Source: Legionella sp.
GTDB lineage: Bacteria; Pseudomonadota; Gammaproteobacteria; Legionellales; Legionellaceae
DNA: 64,000 nucleotides
Assembly: GCA_030694525.1 (NCBI GenBank)
Contig: JAUXYG010000195.1
Location: forward strand, 3,292-67,291
Direction: 5' to 3'
Positions within the stretch are counted from its first letter, which is position 1, and every line of letters begins with the position of its first letter. Shown here piece by piece: positions 51,704 to 63,011 of this stretch. The position numbers were made by a program, and so were the translations under genes. The notes under the pieces were generated by a model. That model was given only the letters and a program-made list of their open reading frames with translations, did no database searches and was not told the DNA's origin.

Positions 51704-53080
51704 TTAACATTCAGGCAGGTTAACAGCAAGTCCACCCATAGAGGTTTCTTTGTAAATACTTTGCATGTCAATCCCAGTCTGCTTCATGGTTTTAATTACT
51801 TTATCCAACGAGATGTGGTGTTCTCCATCACCAATCAATGCCATTCGAGTTGCGTTGACTGCTTTAACGGATCCCATTGCATTGCGTTCAATACATGGAA
51901 TTTGAACCAGGCCTAATACCGGATCGCAAGTCATTCCCAGATGGTGTTCCATTGCAATTTCAGCAGCATTTTCAACCTGTTCCACCGTGCCACCCAAGAC
52001 CGCTGTAAGACCAGCCGCCGCCATCGATGAAGCCACGCCTACTTCTCCTTGACAGCCGACCTCGGCACCGGATATGGAAGCACCTTTCTTGTACAGAATA
52101 CCAATTGCTGCAGCGGTTAGGAAATACGTAAAGATATCTTCATTACTCATTTTATCGTGCGCATGTTGGCAATATTTTAACACAGCGGGGATGATACCGG
52201 CTGCTCCATTGGTAGGGGCAGTTACTATTCGTCCACCGGCGGCATTTTCCTCATTAACTGCCATGGCATACAGATTAAGCAGGTTCATTATATCTGATTG
52301 CTCAAAAATACTTTTTACACCTTTCTGATCCATTAATTTCTTATACAGTCCTGGAGCTCTTCTTTTTAAATTGAGACCGCCCGGCAAGATTCCTTCGTGC
52401 TTGCACCCAGTGCTAATGCATTCATCCATAACTTTGGCAATGGCTAAAATTCCCTGATGAATTTCTTCTGTTGAACGCCATGTTTTCTCATTTGCTAACA
52501 TAAGTTCAGCAATGGTCAGGCCATTATCAGTACACAGTACTAAGAGTTGTTCAGCAGTAGAGAAAGGGTAGGGTGGGGGATTTAAATCCTCCGTAGTACT
52601 GTAAAAGTCCTCAGCCGTGGTAATAAATCCACCCCCAATTGAATAATATACCTGAGACAATAATATGTTCTGTTCACCATCATAAGCGGTAAAACGCATG
52701 CCATTGGTATGCAAGGGTAAGAGTTCTTTTTGCAGAAAGAGAAAATCACTGGCTTCATTAAAAGTAATTGTTTTCTTTCCAGCCAGGTTTAGGGTATGCG
52801 AGCTAAGAATCTCATGCATTCTTGGAACCATGGATTCAGGAACTACAGTCTCAGGAGTCTCACCTTCAAGACCATTGAGAATGGCTTTATCCGTTCCATG
52901 TCCTTTACCTGTCAAGGCAAGAGACCCATAAAGCTCCACTTTCACACGATAGGTCGCGGCAAAAAAACCACCATCTTCCAATAGCTTCAAAAATGCATTT
53001 GCAGAGGACATAGGACCAACGGTATGGGAGCTTGATGGCCCAATTCCGATAGAAAATAAATCAAATACACTTATATTCAT
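51704..53080 (-). CDS. sdaA: L-serine ammonia-lyase (Fe-S)
   Basis: [24 protein letters not shown] at ATG 53080, [40 protein letters not shown]. Confidence 0.97.
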   Translation of the reverse strand: MNISVFDLFSIGIGPSSSHTVGPMSSANAFLKLLEDGGFFAATYRVKVELYGSLALTGKGHGTDKAILNGLEGETPETVVPESMVPRMHEILSSHTLNLAGKKTITFNEASDFLFLQKELLPLHTNGMRFTAYDGEQNILLSQVYYSIGGGFITTAEDFYSTTEDLNPPPYPFSTAEQLLVLCTDNGLTIAELMLANEKTWRSTEEIHQGILAIAKVMDECISTGCKHEGILPGGLNLKRRAPGLYKKLMDQKGVKSIFEQSDIMNLLNLYAMAVNEENAAGGRIVTAPTNGAAGIIPAVLKYCQHAHDKMSNEDIFTYFLTAAAIGILYKKGASISGAEVGCQGEVGVASSMAAAGLTAVLGGTVEQVENAAEIAMEHHLGMTCDPVLGLVQIPCIERNAMGSVKAVNATRMALIGDGEHHISLDKVIKTMKQTGIDMQSIYKETSMGGLAVNLPEC

Positions 53081-53280
53081 ACTGCAAAATCTCTGATTCA
53101 ATTTAGGTGCAAGTTTAGAGGTATCGTTTCATTTTGTCTATTTGTAATTAATGATGCCTTTTAACTGGTAATTTTAGTTGAATTTAGGCAGAATGAGGGG
53201 GCATTTTTATTGTGTTCAATATCTTTCTCTTTAGATTCAGGAAGATATTTAATTAAAGAAAGACTAAAAGGGGATTGTTT

Positions 53281-53982
53281 ATGAAGATGAAATTGATCGC
53301 TGCGGCTGTCATGGGAATGGCAATGTCAAGTGCAATGGCTGCAATCGATGCGACATCATTAACTACTGACAAAGATAAATTGTCTTATAGTATTGGTGCC
53401 GATTTAGGAAAAAACTTCAAAACTCAAGGTATTGATATCAATCCAGAAGCATTAGCCAAAGGGATGCAGGATGGTATGACCGGTACTCAGTTAATTTTAA
53501 CTGAACAACAAATGAAAGACGTTTTGAATAAATTTCAGAAAGATTTAATGGCAAAACGTACTTCTGAATTTAATAAAAAAGCGGATGAAAACAAAACTAA
53601 AGGCGAAGCCTTCCTGAGTGAGAATAAAGGGAAAGCAGGTGTTGTAGTATTGCCAAGCGGATTGCAATATAAAGTAATCGAAACAGGTACAGGCGCTAAA
53701 CCTGGTAAAGCGGATACAGTAACTGTCGAGTATACTGGTCGCTTGATAGATGGTACCGTTTTTGACAGCACTGATAAAACAGGCAAACCTGCAACATTTC
53801 AGGTGTCACAAGTTATTCCTGGCTGGACTGAAGCATTACAATTAATGCCTGCTGGTTCAACCTGGGAAGTTTATGTTCCTTCAGGTCTTGCATATGGACC
53901 TCGAAGCGTTGGTGGCCCAATAGGTCCTAATGAAACATTAATTTTTAAAATTCATCTGATCTCAGTAAAAAAATCTGCTTAA
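53281..53982 (+). CDS. mip: macrophage infectivity potentiator, FKBP-type PPIase
   Basis: Signal peptide, [45 protein letters not shown]. Confidence 0.98.
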   Translation: MKMKLIAAAVMGMAMSSAMAAIDATSLTTDKDKLSYSIGADLGKNFKTQGIDINPEALAKGMQDGMTGTQLILTEQQMKDVLNKFQKDLMAKRTSEFNKKADENKTKGEAFLSENKGKAGVVVLPSGLQYKVIETGTGAKPGKADTVTVEYTGRLIDGTVFDSTDKTGKPATFQVSQVIPGWTEALQLMPAGSTWEVYVPSGLAYGPRSVGGPIGPNETLIFKIHLISVKKSA

Positions 53983-53989
53983 ATATTGA

Positions 53990-54015
53990 CCACCCCAAAT
54001 AAACATTTGGGGTGG
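53990..54015 (+). terminator. hairpin after mip
   Basis: CCACCCCAAAT-AAAC-ATTTGGGGTGG. Confidence 0.65.
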
Positions 54016-54051
54016 TGTCATAAGCGAGATCGTCAAAGAGCCCTTTTCTGC

Positions 54052-55311
54052 ATGAACAAACGCCTTTTTATAGTATTTCTTTTAGGTTTCTCCTCTGGAT
54101 TACCTATGGCGTTAATTAGTAGTACTCTTCAAGCCTGGTATGCTTACAGCGGGATGTCCGTTCTTGCAACAGGTGCTTTAAGTCTTGTTGGTTTACCCTA
54201 TGTCTATCGTATATTTTGGGGGCCCATTCTCGATAGATATGCATTATTTTCTTTAGGCAAACGTCGCAGCTGGATGATTACAATGCAAATCCTGTTGTTG
54301 GCTGGTTTTAACGTGATTGCCTGGTTTACCCCTGATCAGTACCCTAAACTATTAGCCTTTCTTGCTTTAATACTGGCTTGTTTTTCTGCAACCCAGGATG
54401 TGGCCATTGATGCACAAAGAGCTGAATATTTGCCAGTCAGAGAGCATGGTTTGGGAGCTTCTTTAGCTGTTTTTGGATATCGAATTGCTCTGTTACTCTC
54501 GGGTGGTTTCGCATTAGTCATGGCAGATCATTTAGGTTGGGCATTTACTTATCGCATTATGGGCTGTTTCATGGCTGTAGGGATTCTTGCAGTATTATTG
54601 AGCGAAGAGCCTGCTCATGAAATAAAAGAAACCGGAACATTCACCCATAGCTTTATAGAGCCTATAAAAGAGTTACTGTTTCGTCCCGGAGTAGTTTATC
54701 TTTTGCTATTCGTGTTTTGTTATAAATTAGGTGAAGCATTTACTACAACTACCAGCGGCATAGTGATGCCCTTTTTAATACAGGGCCTTGGTTTTTCATT
54801 GGCTACCATTGGTTATATCAATAAAATGTTGGGAATAGGCTCCATCTTACTGGGTGGTTTAACAGCTGGCTTTTTATTAATGCGCTATTCTTTGTACAAA
54901 TCCCTATTTATGTTTGGTTTGATACAGGCTTTGACTAATGTATTTTTTGTCGCTTTGGCTGTAGTCGGTAAAAGTGTTGTTTTGTTAGCGGTCGCTGTAT
55001 TTTTAGATAATTTTGCCGCAGGCATGGCCTCCACCGCTTTGGTTGCTTTTTTTATGAGGCTTGTTAATAAAAAATTTACCGGGACGCAGTTTTCATTATT
55101 AGTCGCTGTCTCATCCTTACCTCGTATATTTTCGGGACCTGTTGCTGCAGGCATTCAAATGAACCTGGGTTGGGTGGGTCTTTATGAGGTATCTGTTGTC
55201 TGTGCGTTACTTTTTATTCCGTTTTTAATGTTAATAAAAGATCAGACTATTAATAAACCTAATAAAAGAGACTCTGCTGTTAAAAATGTTGGCTTAAATC
55301 CAGTTGGGTAA
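54052..55311 (+). CDS. ampG: muropeptide MFS permease
   Basis: LLGFSSGLP, WGPILDR...LGKRRSW, SATQDVAIDA, TGTQFSLL; ATG 54052 preferred over the TTG at 53986, which lies in the hairpin. Confidence 0.93.
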   Translation: MNKRLFIVFLLGFSSGLPMALISSTLQAWYAYSGMSVLATGALSLVGLPYVYRIFWGPILDRYALFSLGKRRSWMITMQILLLAGFNVIAWFTPDQYPKLLAFLALILACFSATQDVAIDAQRAEYLPVREHGLGASLAVFGYRIALLLSGGFALVMADHLGWAFTYRIMGCFMAVGILAVLLSEEPAHEIKETGTFTHSFIEPIKELLFRPGVVYLLLFVFCYKLGEAFTTTTSGIVMPFLIQGLGFSLATIGYINKMLGIGSILLGGLTAGFLLMRYSLYKSLFMFGLIQALTNVFFVALAVVGKSVVLLAVAVFLDNFAAGMASTALVAFFMRLVNKKFTGTQFSLLVAVSSLPRIFSGPVAAGIQMNLGWVGLYEVSVVCALLFIPFLMLIKDQTINKPNKRDSAVKNVGLNPVG

Positions 55312-55319
55312 TTGGAAAA

Positions 55320-56897
55320 TTACCCATTAGTGACGACCTTGCTTAAATTTTTTATATTTTGTTCAAAAGAGGCCGTATTAAAAATATAATTATAAAATAA
55401 TCCAAATTGCTTCTTTAGCGTCAATTCAAAATCGTTATTTTTTTGTAACTTAATAGTAACAGGCTGCTCTGGAACCCAATGGGAAAAATTATATTGCGGG
55501 TATTTGCTGTATTCAGAGAATAGCTTTATAGCGGAAATATCATGCACCAAAAGGCGAGTATCCTCATGAAATGCCTGCTTAAATAACCCCCCTAATTCAT
55601 AAAAAACTAATCCCCTTTTATGAACCCATACTACTCTTTCGAGCTCATCAGTGGCAATAAAGGTGGTATTGTTTTTGAAAACGTCGGATTGTTTAAATTG
55701 AGCAATCAATGATTTTTGATAAAACCAATCTATATTATAAAGATAATGATTGTATAGGTTTTGCACGACAAATGAAGTAACTACTAAATAAAGTAATCCG
55801 TTAGCCAGACGTTTGTTTAAAAGTGCACTTTCCATAATCAACCAATAAAGCAAAAAAGACATACCTAATGGCACAAGAATCTGGTTACGGGATGCCCAAT
55901 TATCAAGATGCGGTAATTTACCTACGGCACAATACGGAAATACGGCGATTAAAAAAAGCAAAACCCCGCTTATTAGAAAGCTTGTGCGTGTTACGATAGA
56001 TATCTTGGTATTGCTTTCAAATAAATCTTCTTTTTTAAACATCATTAATACAAGAATAAATATTAATGGCATTAAATAAAAAAAATAATACAGACTGTTT
56101 ATCGCTTGCTTTAGCGGTTCGTATAGCGATGTATAAAAGGATTGTCCTAATAAGGAGATAAGATTGAGCACATCAAAATGAAGACTATTATACCCCGCAT
56201 ATAAACCATGGGGTTGGAAGAAAGACTGTTTGATTCCAAAAAATAATAATGGGAGGCAAATAAAATCGAGATACCGGGTAATAAAGATTTTTAAAATAGT
56301 ACTCTTTTTTAAAGCAGGATTTTGCTGGTATGTTTTAATAAGAATATAAACTAAAACCACCGCATAGAACACTAATAGGGATTCAAGAGAAAAGGTTATA
56401 AAAAATATACTCAGTATAATAATTCGATTATATGTCTTTTTATTGCTATCCATATAAAGTGCAAGGAGAAAGAAAGCAAAGTAAAAAAGGAACACCGTCA
56501 GAATTGCGGGCGTATTGATCAATGCAACTCTTGCATCGTTGACTGGTGCTAAAAGGAAAAGCAATACCAGAATATACAGAGTACGTTTGTTAAAATAATT
56601 TAATTTATCAAGAATGTAATAAAGAAATATTCCGGAAAAAAAATAACTAAAGAATCCAATTAAACGGTACACATAGATACCATTTCCAATACTTTGCAGA
56701 AATACGTGAAAATGGCCCATCCACCAAAAACCAGTTTGAGAATAGATATTGAGAATGGATGCAGGATTTTGATTGACAAGAGTCCAGTCATCCCAATAAA
56801 CACCTGAATAATTTAATAATAAAAATATATTTGCGATAAAATATAAGATAAATAGGATGTGGAAGCGCGAACTTATCCATTGTTTCATTAAATTCAT
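55320..56897 (-). CDS. polytopic GT-C-like glycosyltransferase (GtrII/ArnT-like)
   Basis: YWDDW acidic motif after TM1, about 11-12 TM segments, soluble C-terminal domain. Confidence 0.6.
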   Translation of the reverse strand: MNLMKQWISSRFHILFILYFIANIFLLLNYSGVYWDDWTLVNQNPASILNIYSQTGFWWMGHFHVFLQSIGNGIYVYRLIGFFSYFFSGIFLYYILDKLNYFNKRTLYILVLLFLLAPVNDARVALINTPAILTVFLFYFAFFLLALYMDSNKKTYNRIIILSIFFITFSLESLLVFYAVVLVYILIKTYQQNPALKKSTILKIFITRYLDFICLPLLFFGIKQSFFQPHGLYAGYNSLHFDVLNLISLLGQSFYTSLYEPLKQAINSLYYFFYLMPLIFILVLMMFKKEDLFESNTKISIVTRTSFLISGVLLFLIAVFPYCAVGKLPHLDNWASRNQILVPLGMSFLLYWLIMESALLNKRLANGLLYLVVTSFVVQNLYNHYLYNIDWFYQKSLIAQFKQSDVFKNNTTFIATDELERVVWVHKRGLVFYELGGLFKQAFHEDTRLLVHDISAIKLFSEYSKYPQYNFSHWVPEQPVTIKLQKNNDFELTLKKQFGLFYNYIFNTASFEQNIKNLSKVVTNG

Positions 56898-57143
56898 TTT
56901 TAGCCTTTGATATATCCCGATACAAATAATATGGATGGGTCACTCAATAAGGAGTTAGAGATACAGGTTTGACATCCTGATTGTAGTGAAGACTCTCCAA
57001 ATGCAACGCATTATGCCTCTTGAAACAATTTATCGCTATGTTTTAATGATCTTTTCTTATTTTGGTCAGAGTGTTCCTATATTCCTTTTAAACGCGTATT
57101 CGTTTATTATACAGCCATAAAAAATATAACAAATAGATTCATA

Positions 57144-57836
57144 ATGAAGAAAGTCGCTATAGTTCAATCGAACTATATTCCATGGAAAGGTTATTTCGAT
57201 ATGATTGCGGCTGTAGATGAGTTTATTATTTTTGACCGGATGCAGTATACAAAACGCGATTGGCGAAATCGCAATCAAATAAAGACAGCGCAAGGAGTCC
57301 ACTGGTTATCTATACCTGTCTTAGTTAAAGGTAAGTATTTCCAGACCATCCAGGATACATTAATCGATGATCCAAAATGGGCTGTGGACCATTGGAAGGC
57401 AATAACCTTAAATTATCGTCGATCACCTTATTTTAATGAGATAGCAGAATGGATGGAGCCACTTTATCTTAATCAATCCTTCACCCATCTTTCTGACTTA
57501 AATCAATCGTTCCTGAATGCCATTTGTAATTTTTTGGGTATCAAAACTAAGATATCGAACTCACGAGATTATAATCTGATTGAGGGTAAGACAGAGCGCT
57601 TGCTTGATTTGTGTCTGCAAGCAGGTGGTACGCAATATATCTCTGGACCAGCTGCTAAAGACTATATTGATCCACAGTTATTCTCAGACGCTGGAGTTGA
57701 ATTATCCTGGTTTGACTACTCAGGTTATCCAGAATACCCACAACTCTGGGGCGAATTCGTCCACGGAGTCAGTATTTTAGATTTATTATTTAATTGTGGC
57801 AAAAAAGCGCCTGAATATATGAGATATGTATCCTGA
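57144..57836 (+). CDS. WbqC-family protein
   Basis: IVQSNYIPWKGYFDMI, QYTKRDWRNRNQIKT, YISGPAAKDYID, YPEYPQLWGEF, SILDLLFN. Confidence 0.9.
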   Translation: MKKVAIVQSNYIPWKGYFDMIAAVDEFIIFDRMQYTKRDWRNRNQIKTAQGVHWLSIPVLVKGKYFQTIQDTLIDDPKWAVDHWKAITLNYRRSPYFNEIAEWMEPLYLNQSFTHLSDLNQSFLNAICNFLGIKTKISNSRDYNLIEGKTERLLDLCLQAGGTQYISGPAAKDYIDPQLFSDAGVELSWFDYSGYPEYPQLWGEFVHGVSILDLLFNCGKKAPEYMRYVS

Positions 57837-58765
57837 TGAAACTATCAATAGTTGCGACACTTTATCATTCTGAGAATTATATTAATGAATTTTATGAACG
57901 TTCTACAGCGGTAGCAAAGCAGTTTGCAGTGGATGATTATGAGTTGATTTTGGTAAATGATGGTTCAGCAGATAATAGTTTGAATCTGGCCGTTGCTCTT
58001 TCTGAGAACGACCCTCATGTCGTTGTTATCGATCTGTCGCGAAATTTTGGTCATCATAATGCCATGCGGGCGGGCCTGGAACATTCACGTGGTGATTTTG
58101 TTTTTCTAATCGATAGTGATCTTGAAGAGGAGCCGGAATGGCTGCCCGATTTTTACCAACAAATGGTAGAAGATCAAGCCGACGTAATTTATGGCACCCA
58201 GGAAAAACGAAAAGGGGGATGGTTTGAGCGCTATAGCGGTGCTCTTTATTATAAAATCCTTAATTGGTTATTGAGTATTAAACATCCCAAAAATATTACT
58301 ACTGCACGGTTAATGACCCGACGGTATGTTGATGCCTTAATGCGTTATAAAGAAATTGAGACCATAATCTCATGCTTATGGGTTATCACCGGATTTAAGC
58401 AAAATGCCCAGACTGTAAAAAAACACAGTAAAAATACATCCAGTTATGGCCTCTTTAAAAAATTTAATTATTTCGTAAATACCATCACTTCGTTTAGTGC
58501 TGCCCCTTTAAAGATGATCTTCTTTTTTGGAGTGTTTATGTTCTTAATTACCATGAGTTATGCACTGTACTTAACTATTGGTCGGTTTTTTATGTACAAA
58601 CATGTTGAAGGATGGACTTCAATAATGGTATCAATTTGGGTTTTGGGTGGCATGATTATTTCCTTTATTGGCATAATTGGTATTTATTTATCAAAAATAT
58701 TCATGGAAAGTAAAGAAAGACCCTATGTAATAATCAGGAAAATATATGGAAGATCAGATGGATAA
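57836..58765 (+). CDS. GtrB/DPM1-like polyprenol-phosphate glycosyltransferase (GT2)
   Basis: VNDGSADNS, LSRNFGH, IDSDLEEEP, two C-terminal TM helices, ERPYVII. Confidence 0.88.
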   Translation: MKLSIVATLYHSENYINEFYERSTAVAKQFAVDDYELILVNDGSADNSLNLAVALSENDPHVVVIDLSRNFGHHNAMRAGLEHSRGDFVFLIDSDLEEEPEWLPDFYQQMVEDQADVIYGTQEKRKGGWFERYSGALYYKILNWLLSIKHPKNITTARLMTRRYVDALMRYKEIETIISCLWVITGFKQNAQTVKKHSKNTSSYGLFKKFNYFVNTITSFSAAPLKMIFFFGVFMFLITMSYALYLTIGRFFMYKHVEGWTSIMVSIWVLGGMIISFIGIIGIYLSKIFMESKERPYVIIRKIYGRSDG

Positions 58766-59447
58766 TATCAATATAAATTATGAACAATTCTATGCGCAAC
58801 GCACCATGACCAAAGTATATCCTACTGAGTTTGTCGTCAGAACTATGTTAGCAACTTATCCTGAACTTGAGTTTGTAAAACCTAAACCTGGAAACAAGAT
58901 TTTGGATGTTGGTTTTGGAGACGGTCGTAACACCGCTTTTTTGTGCGACCTGGGACTTGAAGTTAGTGGAATCGAAATCACGGAAGGAATAGTAAATCAA
59001 ACCAAAAACCGTCTGAGTGAGTCAGGCTACAAAGCGGATTTACGTGTTGGGAGAAATAGCAGTATTCCCTATGAGTCTGAAGTATTTGATTATATTCTTG
59101 CATGCCATTGTTGCTATTACTGTGACGAGGGGGAAACGCTTCTTGATAATTTGAATGAGTATTCTCGTGTTTTAAAAGAGGATGGCTATTTAATAGCGTC
59201 AGTAGCGAATCAAAATTCCTATATCTTTGATGATGCTAAAAAACTGGATGATGGCACATTTATCATTTCAGCTGATCCCTACAATAATCGAAATGGGTAT
59301 CGTCTGCAGGCTTTTGCGAACACGTCATTAATTGAAGATTTCTTTTCGGGCTTATTTAAGAATTTTTCATTTGGTTCTGCTGACAATGATTACTATGGTA
59401 TTTCAGAGAAAGTATTTTGGGTAGTGTGTCAAAAGGTGAATAAATGA
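58746..59447 (+). CDS. class I SAM-dependent methyltransferase
   Basis: ILDVGFGDGRN, GIEIT, FDYIL, RVLKEDG. Confidence 0.88.
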   Translation: MEDQMDNININYEQFYAQRTMTKVYPTEFVVRTMLATYPELEFVKPKPGNKILDVGFGDGRNTAFLCDLGLEVSGIEITEGIVNQTKNRLSESGYKADLRVGRNSSIPYESEVFDYILACHCCYYCDEGETLLDNLNEYSRVLKEDGYLIASVANQNSYIFDDAKKLDDGTFIISADPYNNRNGYRLQAFANTSLIEDFFSGLFKNFSFGSADNDYYGISEKVFWVVCQKVNK

Positions 59448-60406
59448 GTTTAAGTTATTACTGTACAGAATTAAATTGTCGTCAACTTTTATCCCATAAA
59501 GACAATGGACTCGTTTGTGATAATGGGCACTTTTTTTCTATTTTAACAGGCTCTGATATACCCATCTTTGCATGTGAGCCTGAGAATGCAAATGATTACT
59601 CGGTAGAAGATGCAGCAATTATTCATGATAATTCTTATACTTGGGTTTATAAAACTTTCGGCACAGATGAAAAAACCTTACGCACCAACCTGGTGTCCCG
59701 ACTAAATTTAATGAAAGGGCAAACTATTTTAGTTACAGGTGCTGGTTCAGGTCATGATTTGCCGTTTATAGCACAGCAACTTGGAGGTGAAGGATCGATT
59801 TATGCCCAGGATATTTCGAAACAAATGCTGGTATCTGGGTATGAAAAGTATGGGACGAGATTGTGTTCCGGAGGGGTAGAGGTATTTTTTTCATTAAGCG
59901 ATGCGACTAATCTTCCTTTTGCTGATGATGTTTTTGATGCAGCTTATCATTTTGGTGGTTTGAATTTATTTCCTGACATCCAAAAAGGAATTTTTGAAAT
60001 GAATCGGGTCGTAAAACCTGGTGGGCAAGTACTAATCTGTGATGAAGGCCTGGCTCCCTGGATAAAACAGACTGAGCTGGGTAAAATGCTCATTAAAAAT
60101 AATCCTCTTTATGCTTATGATGTTCCTCTGTCTGCACTACCGCAAAGTGCAAGAAACGTGAAAATTTCCTGGGAACTAAGTCATTGTTTTTATGTCATTG
60201 ATTTTGTTGTTTCTAACGACCCTCCTGCAATCAATATTGATGTTCCTCATGTGGGAAAACGTGGCGGCAGTATACGAACTCGATATTTGGGGCAGCTCGA
60301 AGGGGTAAATCCTGAACTAAGAGATAAGCTTTATGCTACAGCAGAAAAATTAGGGGTAAGCCGCGTTGAATATTTGGAACGGCTTCTTAAAGCAGGATGT
60401 GAATGA
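59444..60406 (+). CDS. class I SAM methyltransferase with N-terminal Zn-ribbon-like and C-terminal RHH-like segments
   Basis: ILVTGAGSG, DISKQML, DATNLPFADDVFD, EMNRVVKPGG. Confidence 0.82.
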   Translation: MSLSYYCTELNCRQLLSHKDNGLVCDNGHFFSILTGSDIPIFACEPENANDYSVEDAAIIHDNSYTWVYKTFGTDEKTLRTNLVSRLNLMKGQTILVTGAGSGHDLPFIAQQLGGEGSIYAQDISKQMLVSGYEKYGTRLCSGGVEVFFSLSDATNLPFADDVFDAAYHFGGLNLFPDIQKGIFEMNRVVKPGGQVLICDEGLAPWIKQTELGKMLIKNNPLYAYDVPLSALPQSARNVKISWELSHCFYVIDFVVSNDPPAINIDVPHVGKRGGSIRTRYLGQLEGVNPELRDKLYATAEKLGVSRVEYLERLLKAGCE

Positions 60407-61371
60407 TGCAAGAGTGTATGGAAAAACAGGAAAATCTAATGGAGTTAACTCCTTTTTGTTGGAGGAAGTCAGGTCTTATTTTTCATCCTGATATACCGGG
60501 TTACACTCATGGCTCACATCCTTGCGCTGTTCATTACCACGACGATATTTTTGTAATTGCTTTTACATGTCGCGATTCAAAGTCTCGCTCTCATATATTT
60601 TTAAGTTATGCTGACTTATCAACTGGAACTCTGAAGTTACTTGGAGAACCCACGCTGGCATTATCCCCTGGGGATGCAGGTTATTTTGATTGTGATGGGG
60701 TAATCAGTGTTTGTATTGTGACGCATAACAATCAACACTATCTATACTATGTCGGCTGGCAAAATCTTCCAGAGAAATTATGGTGCTGTGATACGGGGAG
60801 AGCCATATTAAATCTCGATGAGCTCACATTAAAAAAAGAATTTCCCGGACCCGTATTAGGACGAGATAAAAATAATCCTCTATTTGCAGCAGCAACCGCA
60901 TTTCATATAAAGGATGACATTTGGCACACCTGGTATAATTCAGGGATCAAATGGGAGAAACGGGAGAATGGCTGGCATCATCATTATGGGATTCATCATG
61001 CCTCCTCTAAAGATGGAATAGATTGGGAATGTGATCCCGGTATGTGTTTGCCCTTTGCTGATGAATATGAATATGCATTTGGCCGACCCAGTGTTTATTT
61101 CAAAAATAATCTTTATTATATGTGGTTTGCGCATCGCGCAACAAAAGATATTGATACCTATAGAATTGGATTTGCTTACTCAAAAGATGGACTGCACTGG
61201 GTACGTAACGATAAAATTTCTGGTATCGATGTCTCAGTCGAAGGTTGGGACAGTCAAATGATTTGTTATCCTTATATTTTTGAACATAAAGGGCAATTGT
61301 ATATGCTATACAATGGTAATAATTACGGCCAGACCGGGTTTGGTCTTGCTCAGCTGGAAAACAAATTGTGA
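60403..61371 (+). CDS. five-bladed beta-propeller glycoside-hydrolase-like protein
   Basis: Repeated Y/W-rich blades, ASSKDGIDW, AYSKDGLHW, GRPSV, CYPYI. Confidence 0.6.
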   Translation: MMQECMEKQENLMELTPFCWRKSGLIFHPDIPGYTHGSHPCAVHYHDDIFVIAFTCRDSKSRSHIFLSYADLSTGTLKLLGEPTLALSPGDAGYFDCDGVISVCIVTHNNQHYLYYVGWQNLPEKLWCCDTGRAILNLDELTLKKEFPGPVLGRDKNNPLFAAATAFHIKDDIWHTWYNSGIKWEKRENGWHHHYGIHHASSKDGIDWECDPGMCLPFADEYEYAFGRPSVYFKNNLYYMWFAHRATKDIDTYRIGFAYSKDGLHWVRNDKISGIDVSVEGWDSQMICYPYIFEHKGQLYMLYNGNNYGQTGFGLAQLENKL

Positions 61372-62039
61372 AAAAAGTTATTTTAGCCGGGAATGCGATC
61401 ACTGCCGAAATTTTAACGGAATATTTAAAGAAGGATAATCGCTACAATATTGTCGCGCTCACAGTGGATGATGAGTATGCAGACTTAAACGGTATTCCAG
61501 AGTTTGACACCATACCCTTATCCATGCTTTCTAATCAATTTGATCCGCATCATCATTCTGTAATTATGGCTATGGGATACAATGATATTAATCGTACACG
61601 CGAGGCCATGTTTCAACGCTTGAAAGAAATAGGTTATCCAATTGAAACTTATGTTCATCCCGATGCTCGAGTTTACACTCAATATCCTATTGGTGAAGGC
61701 TCAATAGTACTCCCCTCAACGGTCATTGAACCACATGTTCGAATTGGCTCAAATACTATGATATGGGCAAATGTCACAGTAGGGCATCATTCAACTGTTG
61801 AGGACCATTGCTGGATAGCTTCCGATGCGGTCATTGCAGGACAAGCCACCGTGAAAAGAAATAGTTTTGTCGGGGTCAATGCGACAGTAGTGAATCAAGT
61901 ATCTGTGGGGGAATACTGTATTATTGGTGCGGGTGCATTAATAACTAAAAATGTTAAACCATCCAGTGTCCATTTAGCACGTTCTGGTGAAGAACTACGT
62001 TATTCATCAGAAGATTATGTAAAATTTATAGGGGTTTAA
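61368..62039 (+). CDS. NeuD/PglD-like hexapeptide acyltransferase
   Basis: AMGYNDINRTR, YVHPDA, hexapeptide repeats. Confidence 0.85.
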   Translation: MKKVILAGNAITAEILTEYLKKDNRYNIVALTVDDEYADLNGIPEFDTIPLSMLSNQFDPHHHSVIMAMGYNDINRTREAMFQRLKEIGYPIETYVHPDARVYTQYPIGEGSIVLPSTVIEPHVRIGSNTMIWANVTVGHHSTVEDHCWIASDAVIAGQATVKRNSFVGVNATVVNQVSVGEYCIIGAGALITKNVKPSSVHLARSGEELRYSSEDYVKFIGV

Positions 62040-62041
62040 TT

Positions 62042-62281
62042 ATGAATCAGCATTTGGTTTCCGTTTTAGCTAATATATTTAGCTTGAGAGAGGATCAGAT
62101 AGTTATTGATTTATGTAAAGAAAATATAAGCAGTTGGGATTCGTTAAAACAAATGGATCTTGTAGTATCGCTTGAGCGTGAATTCAATATCTCTTTGGAA
62201 ATACCCGATATTATCCAAATGACTTCCGTGCGTTCTATTGTAAATGTACTTGAAAATAAAGGTGTAGATTTTGGAGCTTAA
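62042..62281 (+). CDS. acyl/aminoacyl carrier protein
   Basis: SWDSLKQMDLVVSLEREFNI phosphopantetheine motif. Confidence 0.9.
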   Translation: MNQHLVSVLANIFSLREDQIVIDLCKENISSWDSLKQMDLVVSLEREFNISLEIPDIIQMTSVRSIVNVLENKGVDFGA

Positions 62282-63011
62282 GGGATCTGTTTCGCTTGTT
62301 ACTGGAGGAGCCAAAGGATTGGGTTTGGCAATTTCTCTTTTTTTACACGAGTGTGGCGCTAAAGTTTTGGTTGCTGATCGGGATGGTGAAGCATTAGCAC
62401 AACTTCCCGAAGAGATAGAAACTTATCACTTTGATGTGACTAACCCCGTTGATGTTAAAGCGAATATCGAGCTGATGATTGGCCGCCATCAACGAATAAA
62501 TAGTTTAGTCAATAACGCAGGGGTTATATATAGTGAGCCCATGCTAAATATTATGAATCCTGCCAAAATGATGCATGATTATGAAAAGTTTCGCTCCTGC
62601 ATTACAGCAAATCTCGATTCTGTTTTTATTATGACATCAGCAGTAGTAGAACAGATGGCTCTAAGTCGCACCAAAGGGGTGATTATTAACATCAGTTCGA
62701 TTAGTGCCTATGGCAATGAAGGACAAGTTGCCTATTCAGCAGCAAAAGCGGGAGTTAATGCGATGACCGTTACTTTGTCTAAAGAATTAGGTGTATTCGG
62801 TATCCGTTGTAATGCCGTTGCCCCCGGATTTATAGCAACTGATTCAACTCATAATGCACTAAACGAATCCATTATTAAACACATCAAATCGAATACTCCC
62901 TTGAGGAGGTTAGGACATACACATGAGGTAGCTCAGGCAGTAGGTACTTTAATTACTAACGATTTTCTCAATGGAGTCATCCTTGATGTAAATGGCGGGC
63001 TTACCATCTGA
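62271..63011 (+). CDS. FabG-like SDR oxidoreductase
   Basis: VTGGAKGLG, LVNNAG, NISS, YSAAK, CNAVAPGFI. Confidence 0.9.
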   Translation: MELKGSVSLVTGGAKGLGLAISLFLHECGAKVLVADRDGEALAQLPEEIETYHFDVTNPVDVKANIELMIGRHQRINSLVNNAGVIYSEPMLNIMNPAKMMHDYEKFRSCITANLDSVFIMTSAVVEQMALSRTKGVIINISSISAYGNEGQVAYSAAKAGVNAMTVTLSKELGVFGIRCNAVAPGFIATDSTHNALNESIIKHIKSNTPLRRLGHTHEVAQAVGTLITNDFLNGVILDVNGGLTI

